DNA of 63,846 bases, counting the filler, from Polymyxa betae A26-41 (taxonomy: Eukaryota; Protista; Endomyxa: Phytomyxea), in the NCBI GenBank assembly GCA_003693705.1. It is 6 parts of 6 records of this genome, joined end to end, with 100 filler letters (N's around TTAATTAATTAA, not from the genome) between each part and the next. Parts side by side here need not be neighbours in the genome. Positions count along the whole stretch, not along the records: positions 18,565 to 44,714 come from RBZT01000483.1; 5 more parts are not named here. One strand, written 5' to 3'. This document shows, piece by piece, positions 22,198 to 35,705 of this stretch. The number at the start of each line of letters is the position of its first letter. Positions within the stretch are counted from its first letter, which is position 1. The position numbers were made by a program, and so were the translations under genes. The notes beneath the pieces are model-generated. The model was not told the DNA's origin, did no database searches, and was given only the letters and a program-made list of their open reading frames with translations.

Positions 22198-24564
22198 ATG
22201 ATCATGGCGGCAGTGCGCAGAGGCACCCGATTTCTCTGGAATGGAAACGGGGTTCAGATGGCGACGCCTCGTTGCTCACATTCTGCCCGTGTTGCCAACA
22301 TGATGCAAATCATACCGGCGAACGCGAGATTACACAGTGGCGTCGCTGATGGAAAGAAGGTACATCCGATACCTAGTCGGGTTGCGCCGCCCTCTAGCGT
22401 TACCCCTCCGGGTCTTTTGGGAGTTTGGGGCCATCTTTAACTTGTTGTCATTATCCATTTGTAGAGGGAACCTATGTGGAAGCAAATTTGGAAGATCGGG
22501 GCGGTCGACAACGAGGGCCCGGCCTGCCCTGGCCAAGTTGTCGAACTGGATGATGGCACTAAGGTTCTGATTGTCGTGGACGGGTCGAAGCCGGGAAAGG
22601 CAATCAGTGTCGTTGGGTCCACCTGCCCACATGTTGGTGCACCGCTAGGTCCAGCGTTATGATCGCTTTGCTTCTGAATCTTATCGACGATTAGTGAATG
22701 GTGTTCTTCATGAGAATCACTTGCTGTGTCCATGGCACGGAGCTTGTTTCAATGTTCAAACCGGTGATATTGAAGAAGGTCCCTCAATTCACAGTATTCC
22801 TGTGTATAAGCATCGCATTCGGGAAGGCCATGTTGAAATCGGTAACAATATTCCTAGCTTCTGTAAGGTCAAAATTTAATCACGTCATCCTAGAGATCGA
22901 TCCTGAAACGAAGGCCCCAGTGGTTCTTCCTCGCAAGACCCCTGCAGTCAGCTCAGAACAGATTAACAAAGTCGTCGTTATTGGTGGAGGTGCTGGAGGC
23001 CACGCAGCCGTCTCAATTTTGGTCGAGCAAGGATTCAAAGGCTCAATTACGCTCATTTCCGAAGAGGTCATACTATATTTCCAGTCTTCTTCGATTCCCA
23101 CGTTTGGAAGATTTATTTTGTTTTTGGTTTAGAACTCACTCCCATATGATCGCCCGACGCTGTCGAAGAACATGTCGAAGCCTTTGGATTCGATCTTACT
23201 TAGCCCGCCATCATTCTATAGCGGTAAAGTCAAGTTGATCCTGGGAACTACTGCAACTGCCATTCGAGCTGCCGAGAAAACAGTCGTATTGCAGAATGGC
23301 ACCTTTGAACCGTACGATAAACTCATTGTTGCTACTGGCGGAAGGTACTTTTGTTGCCTTATTTGTCTTGACATTAACGTCGAATTGCAGCCCTTTCAAG
23401 CTACGTATTCCAGGATCCGATCTACGGCATATTTACACGTTGAGATCAGCAGCAGATGCCAATGCCATCGCTACTCGTGCAGATGCCGCGAAGAAAATCG
23501 TCATTGTTGGTGCCGGGTTTATCGGTTTGGAAGCGGCGTCGTATTTTAAGTAGACTTCATTTCTGCTCGGCCTTTGACTTGCTAATGCATTTTCAGGCGC
23601 AATTGTGATGCCGAATCCATCACGATTCTGAACCGCGACCCCGCCCCGCCTCTGGCAAATGTGTTTGGGAAAGACATTGGTTCCTGTGTACAAGCACTAC
23701 ACGAGAGCAATGGAATCAAATTTGTTTTCAACTGCGGGATTTCTCAGTTTTTGCCGGGTCTCGAGTAAGGCTGATGGTGTGTCGCCAGAACGCTAATCTC
23801 ACTCAGTGAATTTCAGCCCCAAAGAAGTTGGAAAAGTGGTGACTGACAAAGGAGAATTTGAAGCTGACTTGGTCTGTTGTGTTTAGTTTTTCTGATCTTG
23901 GAATTTATTCTGTTTACTCAGGTATTGATCGGTATTGGTGTGTCGTTGAATACATCGTTGTTGAAAGGTGTAGTTGAACTGACTGAGGTACTGAGAATCT
24001 GTTCCATGGCTTATTGGACTTATTTTCATTTGTCAGAATATTGGCGAAGTTCAAGTGAACCATTTCATGCAAACTACCAACTGCGACATTTACGCTGTTG
24101 GCGACATCGCTCGGTTTCCTTTGTGGTCCAGTACCGGCAAAACAAGATCTGAGCATTGGGCTGTTGCTCAAAATCAAGGTGATGTACAGTCTTGTAAAGA
24201 CCCATACCTTTCTAATATCACGTTCTTCTTAGGCCGAACTGCTGCGCGCCATATACTTGGCTTGCTTCAGCCTTTCAAGAGCGTCCCTTTCTTCTGGTCT
24301 GTTTTGTTTGGAGCGGGTATTCGTTTTGCAGGATACACTTCGAAGTACGATCGCGTGATTATTGATGGCGATCTCGGGCAACGGAAGTTCTTAGCCTTCT
24401 TCATTGTTGGAGATTCGGTCGCTGCGGTTGCAAGTCTCGGCCGTGATCCTATGGTTGCCGCAGCTATAGAGCTTTTCCGTTCCAATCGAATGCCTACCAC
24501 TAAGGAATTAGAAAGTGACCATGGTTCTCGTGATTTGAGAAAGCGCCTGGCCCAATTGTCTTAA
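22198..24564 (+). CDS. AIF-like Rieske [2Fe-2S]/FAD-NAD oxidoreductase (AIFM3/Nfrl type)
   Basis: CPHVGAPL..CPWHGACF Rieske motifs, VIGGGAGG, PYDRPTLSK, IVGAGFIGLE, IYAVGDIA, VPFFWS; many short introns; Arg-rich presequence-like N-terminus. Confidence 0.92.
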
Positions 24565-24783
24565 TTGCTTTATTAAACAATCCATTCTATACTGTGTATT
24601 TTATACTGTATACAGTATAGCCGTATAGACTCTGTATGTACATTGTACAATGATAAATCCATCAAAACTTTGATTTTTTTGCACAACTTTTTGTCACTCT
24701 CCGCGCAGTCCGTAGCGGCTCCGTCATCGCGTCCTGCAGATTGATCGCCGTTCCTGAAAAATTCAGGAAAGTCTCGAATCGCG

Positions 24784-27700
24784 ATGGCGTCTCGGCTAGC
24801 ATCTCAGCTGCAAGCCTTGGCACAATCAAGAAAATCAGTGGCTCAGAATACCGTACGAAAGCAACCATCACTTTTATTTGAAGCACATATTGCTGCTCGC
24901 TATGATAATGAGACGATTTTCGCCAATGCCAGCGAGGCTCTTCAGCAGTTAATCGAGATCGATGGCCGATTTCGTCCATTTTCAAATTCGCTGTTTCGGC
25001 CTGGTGCTTGGCAAATTGATATCGATGTGGCGCCTCAAGATGATGTCGCTCGTCTACTCACACAAGTAGAGAAGATGCTTCCGCTGCTCTCAGCCAACTT
25101 CTTACTGACCCCAACACTCAATGTCGTCGAGTACCTCATAAGGCAGTATCGTGTTCAGAACCGATGCCGAGACGCTTTTTTATGCATGGCATTGCCTTAT
25201 TACGAAAGCCCGGTGTTTCATCGCATTGTCGGCCTCGTTAGCCTTACCGACGAATGGGTGTTCTTAAAACCGTCGTTTCAACAAGATGAAGGCTATGCAA
25301 AATCTACATTGGTGAATCGTGCCTGCTCTCATGCCTCATTCTTTCAGATCGTCCTGCAGATCGCGGCTCGCGGTGCTGAGTTGGCCAAGACCGGCTCCAG
25401 CAATCATGCTGCCGTCTCGTTCGCCTCTTCAATCGTGACAGCCGTTATTGAAAGGAAATCCATCAGTGAGGGTCATCTCCGCTTTCTGCTTCCCTTCTTG
25501 CATAAAGCTTTAAACAACAAGAAGACCTCCTGTGTTGAACTTCGCTCGCCCGCCGAATCTGTCGCTATCGCTGTCTCATCATTTCTTTCGGCAAGCGCTG
25601 TCAATGCTCTCGTCACATCTATTGTTATTGGCATCGATTCTGACGCTAACGTTCAACAAGCTCAGAAACAACTCAGATGTGCCGCTCATATATTCAGATG
25701 TCGACGCCCAGATTGGCCATTACCTGAAAAGGCCTTCAGCTACGCAGTCGACATCAGCTGTATTATCGATGCATTAGCTGATCTAAAAGCTTCAGATAAT
25801 ATCAATGTATTCGTCGACGCATTCATCACTTTCTTAATCCAGTCTGGAAAACTCTCTCTGGCGACTACCCTCATCACCAAAGCGACCGATACTTCATTTG
25901 ACTATCTCCAACGGTGCATCGATCTTGCAATGAAATCCAAGCAAGATATTGAGAAGTTCCGCCGCGACCTCGGCTTTGGTTTCCTGGACCAGTTCCGTCA
26001 TCCCGACGCCCATGTCCGTCTATCAGCTTTCGTATCTCTTGAACAACAAGTTACAAAGGGTGACTTCACGATTGGAGCGGCCTCCGCCGTTTATTACGAT
26101 TGTCTCAATGATCAATCACTTGCTCTGGTTTCGGCTGTTCTGCGAAGCCCTACGACGACCTCGGTTGTTGATCCGGGCAGTCTCTGCACTGCTGTGCGAC
26201 GAGCTTTGAAGCGATTCGATTCGGAGAGCGAATTGATTCGATATGCGGTTCTAGCACTGTCGCGATCTGATCGCGATGAGTGTGCCGTCCTTCTGGTGGA
26301 TATCTCAATCGCACACCCAGCTGCATTACTTCACATCAACGATGCTTATCATTCTCTGTGGAAGAATGTCGATTCTGATTCGTTGTGTCGCACCATTGCG
26401 AATGGTACGAACGCGTCGACCATGGCATTGGTCCTGGAGATTCTCAGATCCCGTCCGGTTCTCCTGCCTGTTTTCGGTCTGATCCCCAAGAAAATGGGCT
26501 CGGAATCGTTGAAGGAATTCATTCAGACGCTTGAAATCGTGGGCACCGGACTTGAGTCGCCATCACCTGAATATGACGCCGCGTGTAAATCGGTTGCACA
26601 GGCGACTGCCGATATCGATAATCATCGATTACTGTTCGCCATCGCTTCTAAGTTTGGCGCTCATCAGACGATTTCTTACATTGCTGATGTTCACTCGAAG
26701 ACGATATTCGTGCTGCTGTCGTCTTTGTGGCAGAATCCGACCTCGGCAGTTTCCACCATTGTCTCTGCTATTGACACAGTTTCGAAATGCCTCCCCAAAA
26801 AGAACAACTTGTCGTTCTTAGTTCCTCATTTGCTTTCTGTTATCTGTCATGAAGATGAGCGCGTTCGCGATGCTGTTCTGTCAGCTTTTACCAGTATTAA
26901 GCCGTTTTGTCGGCCAAATTTTAAGCCGATCGCTAACAAATTGCTATCTCCTTCATTCTTGAACAACACTGACTTCGGATCCTTGCTTGATAAGCTCACC
27001 GGCGCTGCAAAAGAGATCCGAATCGACAGGTAAGCGCTTCCGACACAACTAGAAGTTCTCTATTGACACCTGTGTAAGATATTGGTCTCGAAAGGTCCCT
27101 GTCGGCTCGCAAGAGCTAGCTGCTCTGATCCGCGCTTGCCCTCTATTGCATAACGATCATTCCCGTGTTGCTTTGCTATCAAACATTCATTTCGATCGGC
27201 TTGATTCGTCTCTTGTCTCTGATGCTCTTCAACTTGTTAATCAGGGGACCTGCCATGTCTTGCTGCCTAAAATCGCTGCATCAGAGGACATTGATCTTGC
27301 GAGTAAATGTCTTGCAGGCTTCGTTCGTTCGTCGCAGCCCAAATCCGTCATTCATCAGGCGCTCAGAATACTGAAATTGCGCCATTATGAATGTCTTCCT
27401 CAAGAGGAGAAACTGTCTCTATTGCTGCGTTTCACCGAGTTATTGATTACTGATTTAGCTGCACCAACTTTCGAGGTTTTGTCCAGTTTGAAGGTATCAG
27501 CTGTGCTCGAGATTCGTTGCTGCGGGTTCACTGAGCTCATTCATCAGGTGTCCGGTGATATCGCTTCCACTGTTCTGCGATCCGTTAACGACACTCCTCG
27601 TCAAGTGGCGCTCCTCAGAGTGTGGGCGAATGTTGACATCGCTGTCGATCCATCACCCTTCGTTGTCGCTCTATTTGAGATGCTGGAGTCACCAGCAACT

Positions 27701-30247
27701 GATGCAGCCGTTCTTGATAACATTCTGAAGTCACTTCTAAACGTTAAGAACGTTTCCGAAATCGGTACTGGGTTGACTTTCAGTTTTATGAATTCTGATT
27801 CTGATCCTGTAATAGTTACAAGACAAAACATTTCGCTTCGTTGCTTGGTGGATAGAACCAGCTGTTCTCGTGACTTCTGTGCCAATGCTACTGTCTTACT
27901 GATCGCTCTTGCCTCGAGTGGCGTCAAGTCGGTCACGGATCTGATAATTCCTTCCCTGGTCAATATCATCCCGTTCTTGACCAATGAGGATTCTTTTGTT
28001 TCTAACGTGCTCATCAACGCATTGCAAGTATTCATTCCTATTTGCGGAAAGCCCCAAGAAATCACAAATCTTTTTCTTAACTCCTGGTAACACCAGCCGT
28101 GATTGTCTCCCCTACGAGATAATAACTTGTTTGTTAGGGCGACGTTACCTTGCATTGTTCGCGAGAATGTTTTCCATTGCTTGATCTCGGCGCTGAAAAA
28201 CCTAGGTCCTGTTACGGCTCAACTGATCGCGAGATCCGGCCCAGAATCAGTTTCGTTTTGCCATTCACTTTTCAGTCGGTTCTCTGCTCCAGAGCAGATT
28301 TCCGGCTTGGCGGATATCCTTCATTGCCATGATTCCGGTCAGCCTGCCAAGCGCCGTAAACATTCCTCGAAACCGATGCCCCCAGTACTGTCGTTTATTG
28401 CTCTTCGCCTGGACCATTCTTCATTCGTGTCAGCTATCAGAAAATCGGCCGAATGCAGCAATGCATTCGTTCAACTATATGGTGCTGTCTTGTCTGAACC
28501 GGAATCGGAATGGCTTGACGCTATCATCAAAAATGTTATTGCTGTTGCTTCATTACCTTCTTTCGTGTCAAACTTGGGTGCACTTATGGAGCCAATCTCT
28601 AAAGACAATGAAACGTTACGCCGACGTGCCCTACAGCTATTGAACGATAAGTTAGAAGCTGTTTGCGAGGTCGGATGCAAAGTTGATGAAATCGTCCCTG
28701 CCGTCGATGTGCTTTTGCCGAATCTGCTTACTATTATCAACATGGACTCGGAACCTGATATGAACAGGCAGCTTTCGCTTCTGGTCTGTTGACAATTCGC
28801 CCGCTATCAAGCTTGAACCTGATTGCTCTTCTAGGTGATCGATGCCTTATGTGGTTTGTGCCCAGACGATGTCGTGGCTCCATTTATTGGCGCTATTCCT
28901 CAGGTGTTGGCTATCATCCCGTCATCTTCAACTGAGCTTCGATCTTCTGCCTTGATGACGCTGGGATCCGTTATGTCAAAATTAGGACCTCATTCATTGA
29001 AATTCCTGTCAAGTGTTATGCCCGTGCTTATCGAAAATGTCTTCACATTACAGGCTACTGCTCTTTCTGCAATCTGTGCAATCGTCACGTAAGATGTCTG
29101 ACTTTGGTCATTTGCCTCAACTGACGAGACTATAGCGCGTTACCGAAGTTTCTGGCTCCTCATATGCAAGCATTGTTCCAGGCCATTCTGTCACCATCGG
29201 CTATTGGCTGTGATATCACTGAGCAGATTTTCAAACGATTGGCATCTGGAGTTCCTCCTCGGATACTGGTCACCTCGATCGCTCATTTTGAACACCCTCA
29301 TGAGAAGCTCCTGGACCTGCTTAGGACAGTCATCGTTGATTATATGGTAGCCGCAGATATCAAGGCCCATAATAGGGCAATATTCCAACTTTGCTTGAAA
29401 TCTTTCGACACTGAAGTTTCTACGGTTTCAGATCAGGCCGTTTCACTATTCACAGCGCTTGCTGTTCGTCTCAACGAGAATCAGCTCTCTGGCCTATACG
29501 CCTCTATGCTTGAATGGGCTGGTCCTTCCTCAGAATGTTCTGAAACCCGACATTCTTCCCTGTTCGCCATCTTGAACGGCTTATTGGATAGTTTGGAAGT
29601 TCTTATTGTACCATATGTGCATCAAGTCGTTGATCTTATCAATGGCGCCCTTTCCAGCAAAACCGCCTCCCAGCGCCTGGCTTCGTTGGCTCTTGATATT
29701 CTACGTAAAACTTGCCAACACGATGATGGCAATTTCGTCTCAAAACCAAGGTTTGTCTGTTGTTCTCGGCGAAGGTTTGATTCTCATGTCGCTGTAGATT
29801 TGATGCCATTCTTTCTGCTTTCATCAACCGAATCAAAATCTCATGCATCAATCATCTTCCAGCTGAAATCAAGAAATTCGAGAACTGCCATCTCGTACCA
29901 TGTGCTGCCGCACTGGCAGCTACCTTCGAACATGAGGTGATAACTTTACAGCGCGATTGTATCAACTATGCTCAGCATTGTTTTAGATGTACTGGAAACC
30001 AATGTCGCATGAGCTGTTACAGTTAACCAGAAACAGCAAGCCTGGCATCAGGCACGCCGCTTTCGTCTGCTTACACGGCATGATGAATGGGTTGGGAGAG
30101 CCGCTTCTGGTCATCCTACCTGAAATGCTGCCATATATCTCGGAAGCGCTTGAAGACGACGACGCCGTGGTCGAAGCTGCTGTCCGCGACCTCATCACTG
30201 TACTTGAACAAGTATCAGGCGAAAGCATGCAGGACTATCTCAAATAA
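24784..30247 (+). CDS. UTP10: U3 snoRNA-associated protein 10 / HEATR1 (BAP28)
   Basis: MASRLASQLQAL..PSLLF..EYLIRQYRV..ALPYYES N-terminus; C-terminal LLVILPEMLPYISEALEDDD..EQVSGESMQDYL; HEAT-like body. Confidence 0.93.
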
Positions 30248-30341
30248 ACCTATCACTAATTTATCAAAATACGTAACACTTTTGACCCATCCTCTAAGCG
30301 ACTGATTATCGTTACATGTCTGTCTCCGTGCTGATTTTATT

Positions 30342-31487
30342 ATGTCGCTTATAGACTTGACGGACGACATCATCTCTCAATGTGAGGATCTTCGTATTGC
30401 TATCGATGTGAACGACGTCGTCAAGGGCATAGTTCGATCTACAGAGACGAGGCAGTTCCAAGAGGATCTGTCTGAAGCCGCGACGCAGCTGGCCATTGCA
30501 CAGGCCGAATTTGAAAGAAAGCATGCCGAGGCTCTCGACCAACAACAAAGTTCTCTACAGAATATTCAAAGGGTATGGCTCTATTACCAAACAGCTTTTC
30601 CTATTTGCATCCAAACGATTTCTGTTTCTGAAGATTGCTTAAGGATATGGAGTGTTCGTTGATTGATTTTTGTTTAGACATTGGAACTGAAAGCAGAATC
30701 GATTAGAACTGCCAAAGAATTAGAAGACCAATTGCGGCTCAATTCCAAGCGGATTATAGACGGTTTCAGTGCTGATCGGCGTCTGCTTTTACAACATATT
30801 CGTTTGAAATCGGACAACTCCAATCATTGGGCTTGTCTTCCTGCCAGGATTCTGGTGAAAGTAATGGCGTTCGCAGATCAGTTTACCATTAGCTCTTGTG
30901 CGGCAGTTTGCAGTATATGGCGACACAATTTGCAATATTCTGACGTCTATCGTCAAATCTTAATGAGCAGAATCGTCAGGCTCAAGCATTGCAGGGCAAC
31001 CTCCCCGGATCGGAATCAGAGAATCGTTATCAGAATATATCTTAGCGATAATAACGGCACTAGCTCGATTGCCTTCGATAAAACACTCGCCCAGCTTCAA
31101 AGTGAAAATCAAAGGATCGCCTCAGAACATGAAAACGCAATCTCTCGTCTACGACAGGCCGAATTTCAAATAACGGAGCTGGAAAACAAGATTAAAGCGG
31201 CAAGGCATCGGTTTGGGGCATTAAGCATTGTTCGCAGTGAGCAGAAAGAAGAGCTTCAAAAATTGGCGAATCGCAAGAAACAACTTGTTTCGCAGACGGC
31301 AGAAATGGATCGTGCGCTGAAAACTAGACGATTTGTCAACATGGAGACCTATCTTCAATTGCAAGAAGAGATGCAACAGCAAGTCGCCGAATCTAGACGT
31401 CTCGATGCTGTTGATTTGGAATTCAAACGGTTGAGTGAGAATCTGAAAGAGTTTCCTGATGCGTTGGACCGCCATATAAAAGAATAA
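30342..31487 (+). CDS. F-box and coiled-coil protein
   Basis: WACLPARILVKVMAFADQFTISSCAAVCSIW F-box motif flanked by coiled coils; one intron. Confidence 0.7.
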
Positions 31488-31640
31488 ACATATAATGCTA
31501 TGCGGAATTCAAATAGTGTTTCTTGCATTTGCTTTCAGATTTATTTTCACTTTTAATGTGATCTCGTACGTTGTTTGTATAAAGCATTGGATCGATAGTT
31601 GGTACCGCATTGGTTACGATAAGCTCAACATCGCAGAAAA

Positions 31641-31902
31641 ATGTCGGACCGAATCTATTCAGCCGAGCAAATTGTTGTTCCCGCTGACCTACCACAGATA
31701 TTAAAGGCCTATGCAAAAGAAGTGATTCGATACAATCCCCAGGACATCGTCGCTTTTTCACGAGAGTAAGGTTGAGCTGCTTATTCAGAATTTAAACTAA
31801 ATTCGGAAAAGCTATTTCGCAGCGCTATCTAAAGGCGAAATCGAGCAGTTTCTAAAACAACAAGGCAGCAAAAATGAAGCAGACCCGAGCCCAGGACAGT
31901 AG
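31641..31902 (+). CDS. RIIa-domain protein (ropporin-1-like/RSP11 type)
   Basis: MSDRIYSAEQIVVPADLPQILKAYAKEVIRYNPQDIVAFSR..YF, one intron; absent from the ORF track. Confidence 0.85.
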
Positions 31903-31943
31903 CTTCTGATAAATACATTATTAGCTTTACGGCCTGTTTACAA

Positions 31944-33343
31944 TTATGAAATATCGTCAGAAGCCAGATTCGTGCCATTCGAACTAGGCAGTTGTGGCTC
32001 GAGAGTCTTTAACAGGCGGAACAAACCAGCAGATTCCCGAATATGACTGAAATCGATACAGAAAGCTTGTACTTCAATGAAAATGTCTTGCACACGAATA
32101 ACATTATGACGAATTAGCGATGTCAAGAAAACGCAAAGCAATCTGACAAGACGCGTTTGCAGAAATTTGTCTTTGATTTGTTCACAAGACGCGATACAAT
32201 TGGAGATATACAGATGCACGAACTCTTGCGGCAATTGCACAGACGTCGTCAGTTTGTTCACGACTTCCATCGAATGAAGACTCATATCCATATTAACCAG
32301 AACCGAGAAAAATCTGTAAACAAGCGATTTTAGCACGAAACAATTGCAGCACGCCATGAGCTTACTCTGTGATTTTCGGTGACGACATCATATTCAGCAA
32401 AACCTCGGTGGCAATCTGTGGGTTTTTTTCAACCAGCTCTGGGAATCTCTTCGGGGACAGTTCGCATTGAGCGATCAGCTTCAGATCGTCCTTCACAAGC
32501 TGCAGCAACGTATCGAGGTTGGCAACCGGCAAAGTCTCTTCCATAGCTCTGGCCATCAGCTGCTTCACCTCCGCTTCCCGAGTGACATCAGAATCCTTGG
32601 AATAATCCCAGATCAGCTCGTGATGCGGATATAGATCCAGCCACATATGATCAAAATCGTCTTGTATGAAATGTGAAGGTCGGGGCGACGGCCGAGGAAA
32701 CTCGGGCATCAGATTCGGTACTGGAATCTCATCGCCTTTCACAGTAATCCTAAGTACGATATGTTGACGTAAAAAGCACTAAAAGAGTATATTACGAGTT
32801 TCCGGTTGTCCTTTGTGGTTGTTGGAAAGAGCTGATAGAATTCGAGATAGCGATGCTTTTCATCGGGTTTAGAGCTGCTGCAGCGGTTGTCAGCTGTCTT
32901 GCGGCCGCCTCGAAATCTGCAAGGTCTTCAGGGACAATCTGTCGTGATTCCCTGAATGATGACAGAAATGCCACAGGTGACATCTGCTGTATCTGAGATT
33001 GAAGCCGCCTTAGTAGTAACAGTGCAAAGTGCCTCTCGGCTTCTAATGGAATCGTTTTCGATGTCGACATCACCAGATATTGTAAGAATGGGTCCTTCGA
33101 CATTTCATGGGTCGCCAGATGCACATCTGCAATGCAGAAAAGCGCCACGAGGCGTTGTGGAGGCGAAAGCAGCCGCTCAAAGAGCAGGACGGCCAGGGAC
33201 AGGCCGGCACGAAACGCCTCCGGCCCTGGTGGAAACCTGGTCCTAAATTCCAAGGCTGTTCTAGCTAGCGGAACGTTGACAGCGTCGTCGTCGAAGACAG
33301 CAGCGAGGCTGTCGACCTCGGCGCGAGTGACCAGCGACTTCAT
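31944..33343 (-). CDS. CNOT11: CCR4-NOT subunit 11
   Basis: [14 protein letters not shown]; [15 protein letters not shown]; [15 protein letters not shown]; [23 protein letters not shown]. Confidence 0.93.
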
Positions 33344-33588
33344 CGTGAAGAGAAACACGCAACAAGCACTGCCAACTCCGCTATGACAGAGATGACATCT
33401 GCCAATGGTTACGTTACCAAATTGTAAAACAGATCGATGAGAAGGGGTCATGGGTCTAATGATGGGTGGGGCTCTCATGGAGTCTATAATGAGGTTGTGG
33501 GGTGTCCCTCTCTAAGCTGAGAACATTCCACTGTAGATTGCTTCTCTTATCGGGAGTTAGAAGTCGTTTAAAAGCATTTGGTGATGAT

Positions 33589-34731
33589 TCATTCGATGAG
33601 GGTGAAGTCAGGGTCGAGCTCACCGAGCCTGGCTCGCATCTGCTTGATTTGGGCGTTCTTCTTCGTGACGAATCTCTTCAGCTCCTGGAACTGGGGTGTA
33701 GCTGAGACTTTGGCGTCGAGGGACCGACTCACTTCAGCCAGCTTCGTCTTGGTGGCGATCAACTCGTTCTGAGATTGCTGTCAGGAACTGTGTCGTAACT
33801 TGCTTGGACGACTTGACTTACCCGAATTGACGAGCTATCGTCATTAGCATGTTGCTCTTGGTAAATCCTGAGCGATTCTTCCTGAGTTTTAATTTTGTTG
33901 TTTAATGATTTATTCGACTCAGTGATAGTTGCTAACTAGTTGGAGAGTTAACAAATGAACATCATCAATCAATAGCTTTAATTACCTGTTCTTTCAGCGT
34001 CTCGATTCGTCGCTGGTATTGCTCATTTTCAACTTTCACGTCTTTCAATTGTGTTACAAGATTTGTGTCTATTGTCGCAGCACCTATGGCTCCAAGTCTC
34101 GGCTTTGACGGCTAAAACCAATTTAACAAGACCATAAAAATCAGATGGGCCAAGATGTACTGTTGGAAGATTGGTTAAAAGATTGATAGACGATTCCTTG
34201 GTGGCTTCCAGATCCATCTTGTCGATATCATTTAACAACACCCTGTTGCCGCTATCAGATTTGAATGAACTTTGAAACGAGAATTTCGTTCACTCGTCAT
34301 CAAGCTTGAAAGTATCAATACGCAGTTGAACGTGCTGTCCTTCAGCTTGCAGTAACAGTTGCCTCAAGAACAACACACTCGTATGGCTGAAGTTTTCCAG
34401 TTCGTCAACGACATTACTTTTCAGTAATGTCCTCAGGCTCTCGATGATTTCTACAACATCGTCGTGCGTGTATAGCTCCTCTAATAGACTAAAATTCTAT
34501 TCCTTTAACTGCTTCCAGCACCTTTCAACATCCGCCTTCATACCTTGTGTCTTTGACCTCATCAAAGGTTCGCTGAATTTCATACAGATGCTGATCACGT
34601 TTCGCGCGAAAATACTTTAGATATTCGAGAACCTGATGTTTATGTTGCTCATTGAGATGTCGGCAAGCCGCCTCTTCTAACGCTGATGCCGGCATCGAAG
34701 ATTTCTTTCTACCAAGCATGGTCAGCGTCAT
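33589..34731 (-). CDS. LZTFL1: Leucine zipper transcription factor-like 1 (BBS17)
   Basis: LNEQHKHQVLEYLKYFRAKR; ELENFSHTSVLFLRQLLLQAE; C-terminal TPQFQELKRFVTKKNAQIKQMRARL. Confidence 0.85.
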
Positions 34732-34911
34732 CCCGGTACCTTGGCCGTCACAGGCCCGATTGTAGAGAAGTTACGTTTCATGTCAGGACCCAATGTCAAG
34801 ATAATTCAAGATGCCCCTTTGATTGCGTCGTACTACCGGTAGGCCTTCGCCCTTCCTTTCGCGCCCGTCCCGGACTTGGTTTGTAACAATTCTTCTCTGT
34901 CAATTGGGAGC

Positions 34912-35571
34912 ATGATTTGGTCGAGAGCGCTGTTGAGGTCTTCTGGCGTGGCCAGCTCTAGGGCTCGAGTTGCGTCCGCTTGTCATGCATTCGGGAGCTC
35001 GTTTCCTATGGGATTCCGTTCCTCTGTTCATCGGCCGTTTCCTGCTCCCCTGTGGAGGCATTCGTTCAGTTCGTCGCCTGTTCCATCCAGCTTGCCGACA
35101 AAAACGGAAGGCGCTGAGCCACTTGCTGGCAAGGTAAATGAGGCACCGAAAACGGCACCAGGCCGCATTCGCCAGCTTTGGAACAAATATGGTTATGTCG
35201 CTATTGTAAGTCACACTCACGATGGCGTTTTATTAAAGATCGAAATATAAACTTCAGGGTACCTATGGCGGGATGTACTTAGCCACTCTTGGCTCCGTTT
35301 ATCTTCTTCTTGAGAGTCGTTTTATATCAGCTGGGGATTCTATTGAGCTTCTCAAATCCATGGGATTAGGCTAGTCAATATAACCTCCATATATCAGCAT
35401 CTAACGTGCTGCTCAGGGAATTTGGTCGATCTTTCTGCTATTAATCCCAAAGCTGGAAATTTTGCAGTCGCCTGGATCTTGACGAAATTCACGGAGCCCG
35501 CCCGAGCTGCCATCACATTTATGGTGACACCTCGCATCGCTAAGCTTATCAGGTTCAAACGGTCAACTTAA
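34912..35571 (+). CDS. FAM210/DUF1279 mitochondrial membrane protein
   Basis: Presequence-like N-terminus, RQLWNKYGYVAI|GTYGGMYL, GNFAVAWILTKFTEPARAAITFMVTPRIA. Confidence 0.85.
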
Positions 35572-35705
35572 TCAATGTCTAATACAATTGTCCAATTGAA
35601 GACGGTATACATTCTTGACATTTTTTGTTTGCTGAAAAAAAGCTGGATTAATTGCGAATCGGAATTTTGCGCTGATTGGCAGGGAAATTGGCCGAGCACC
35701 GTCCC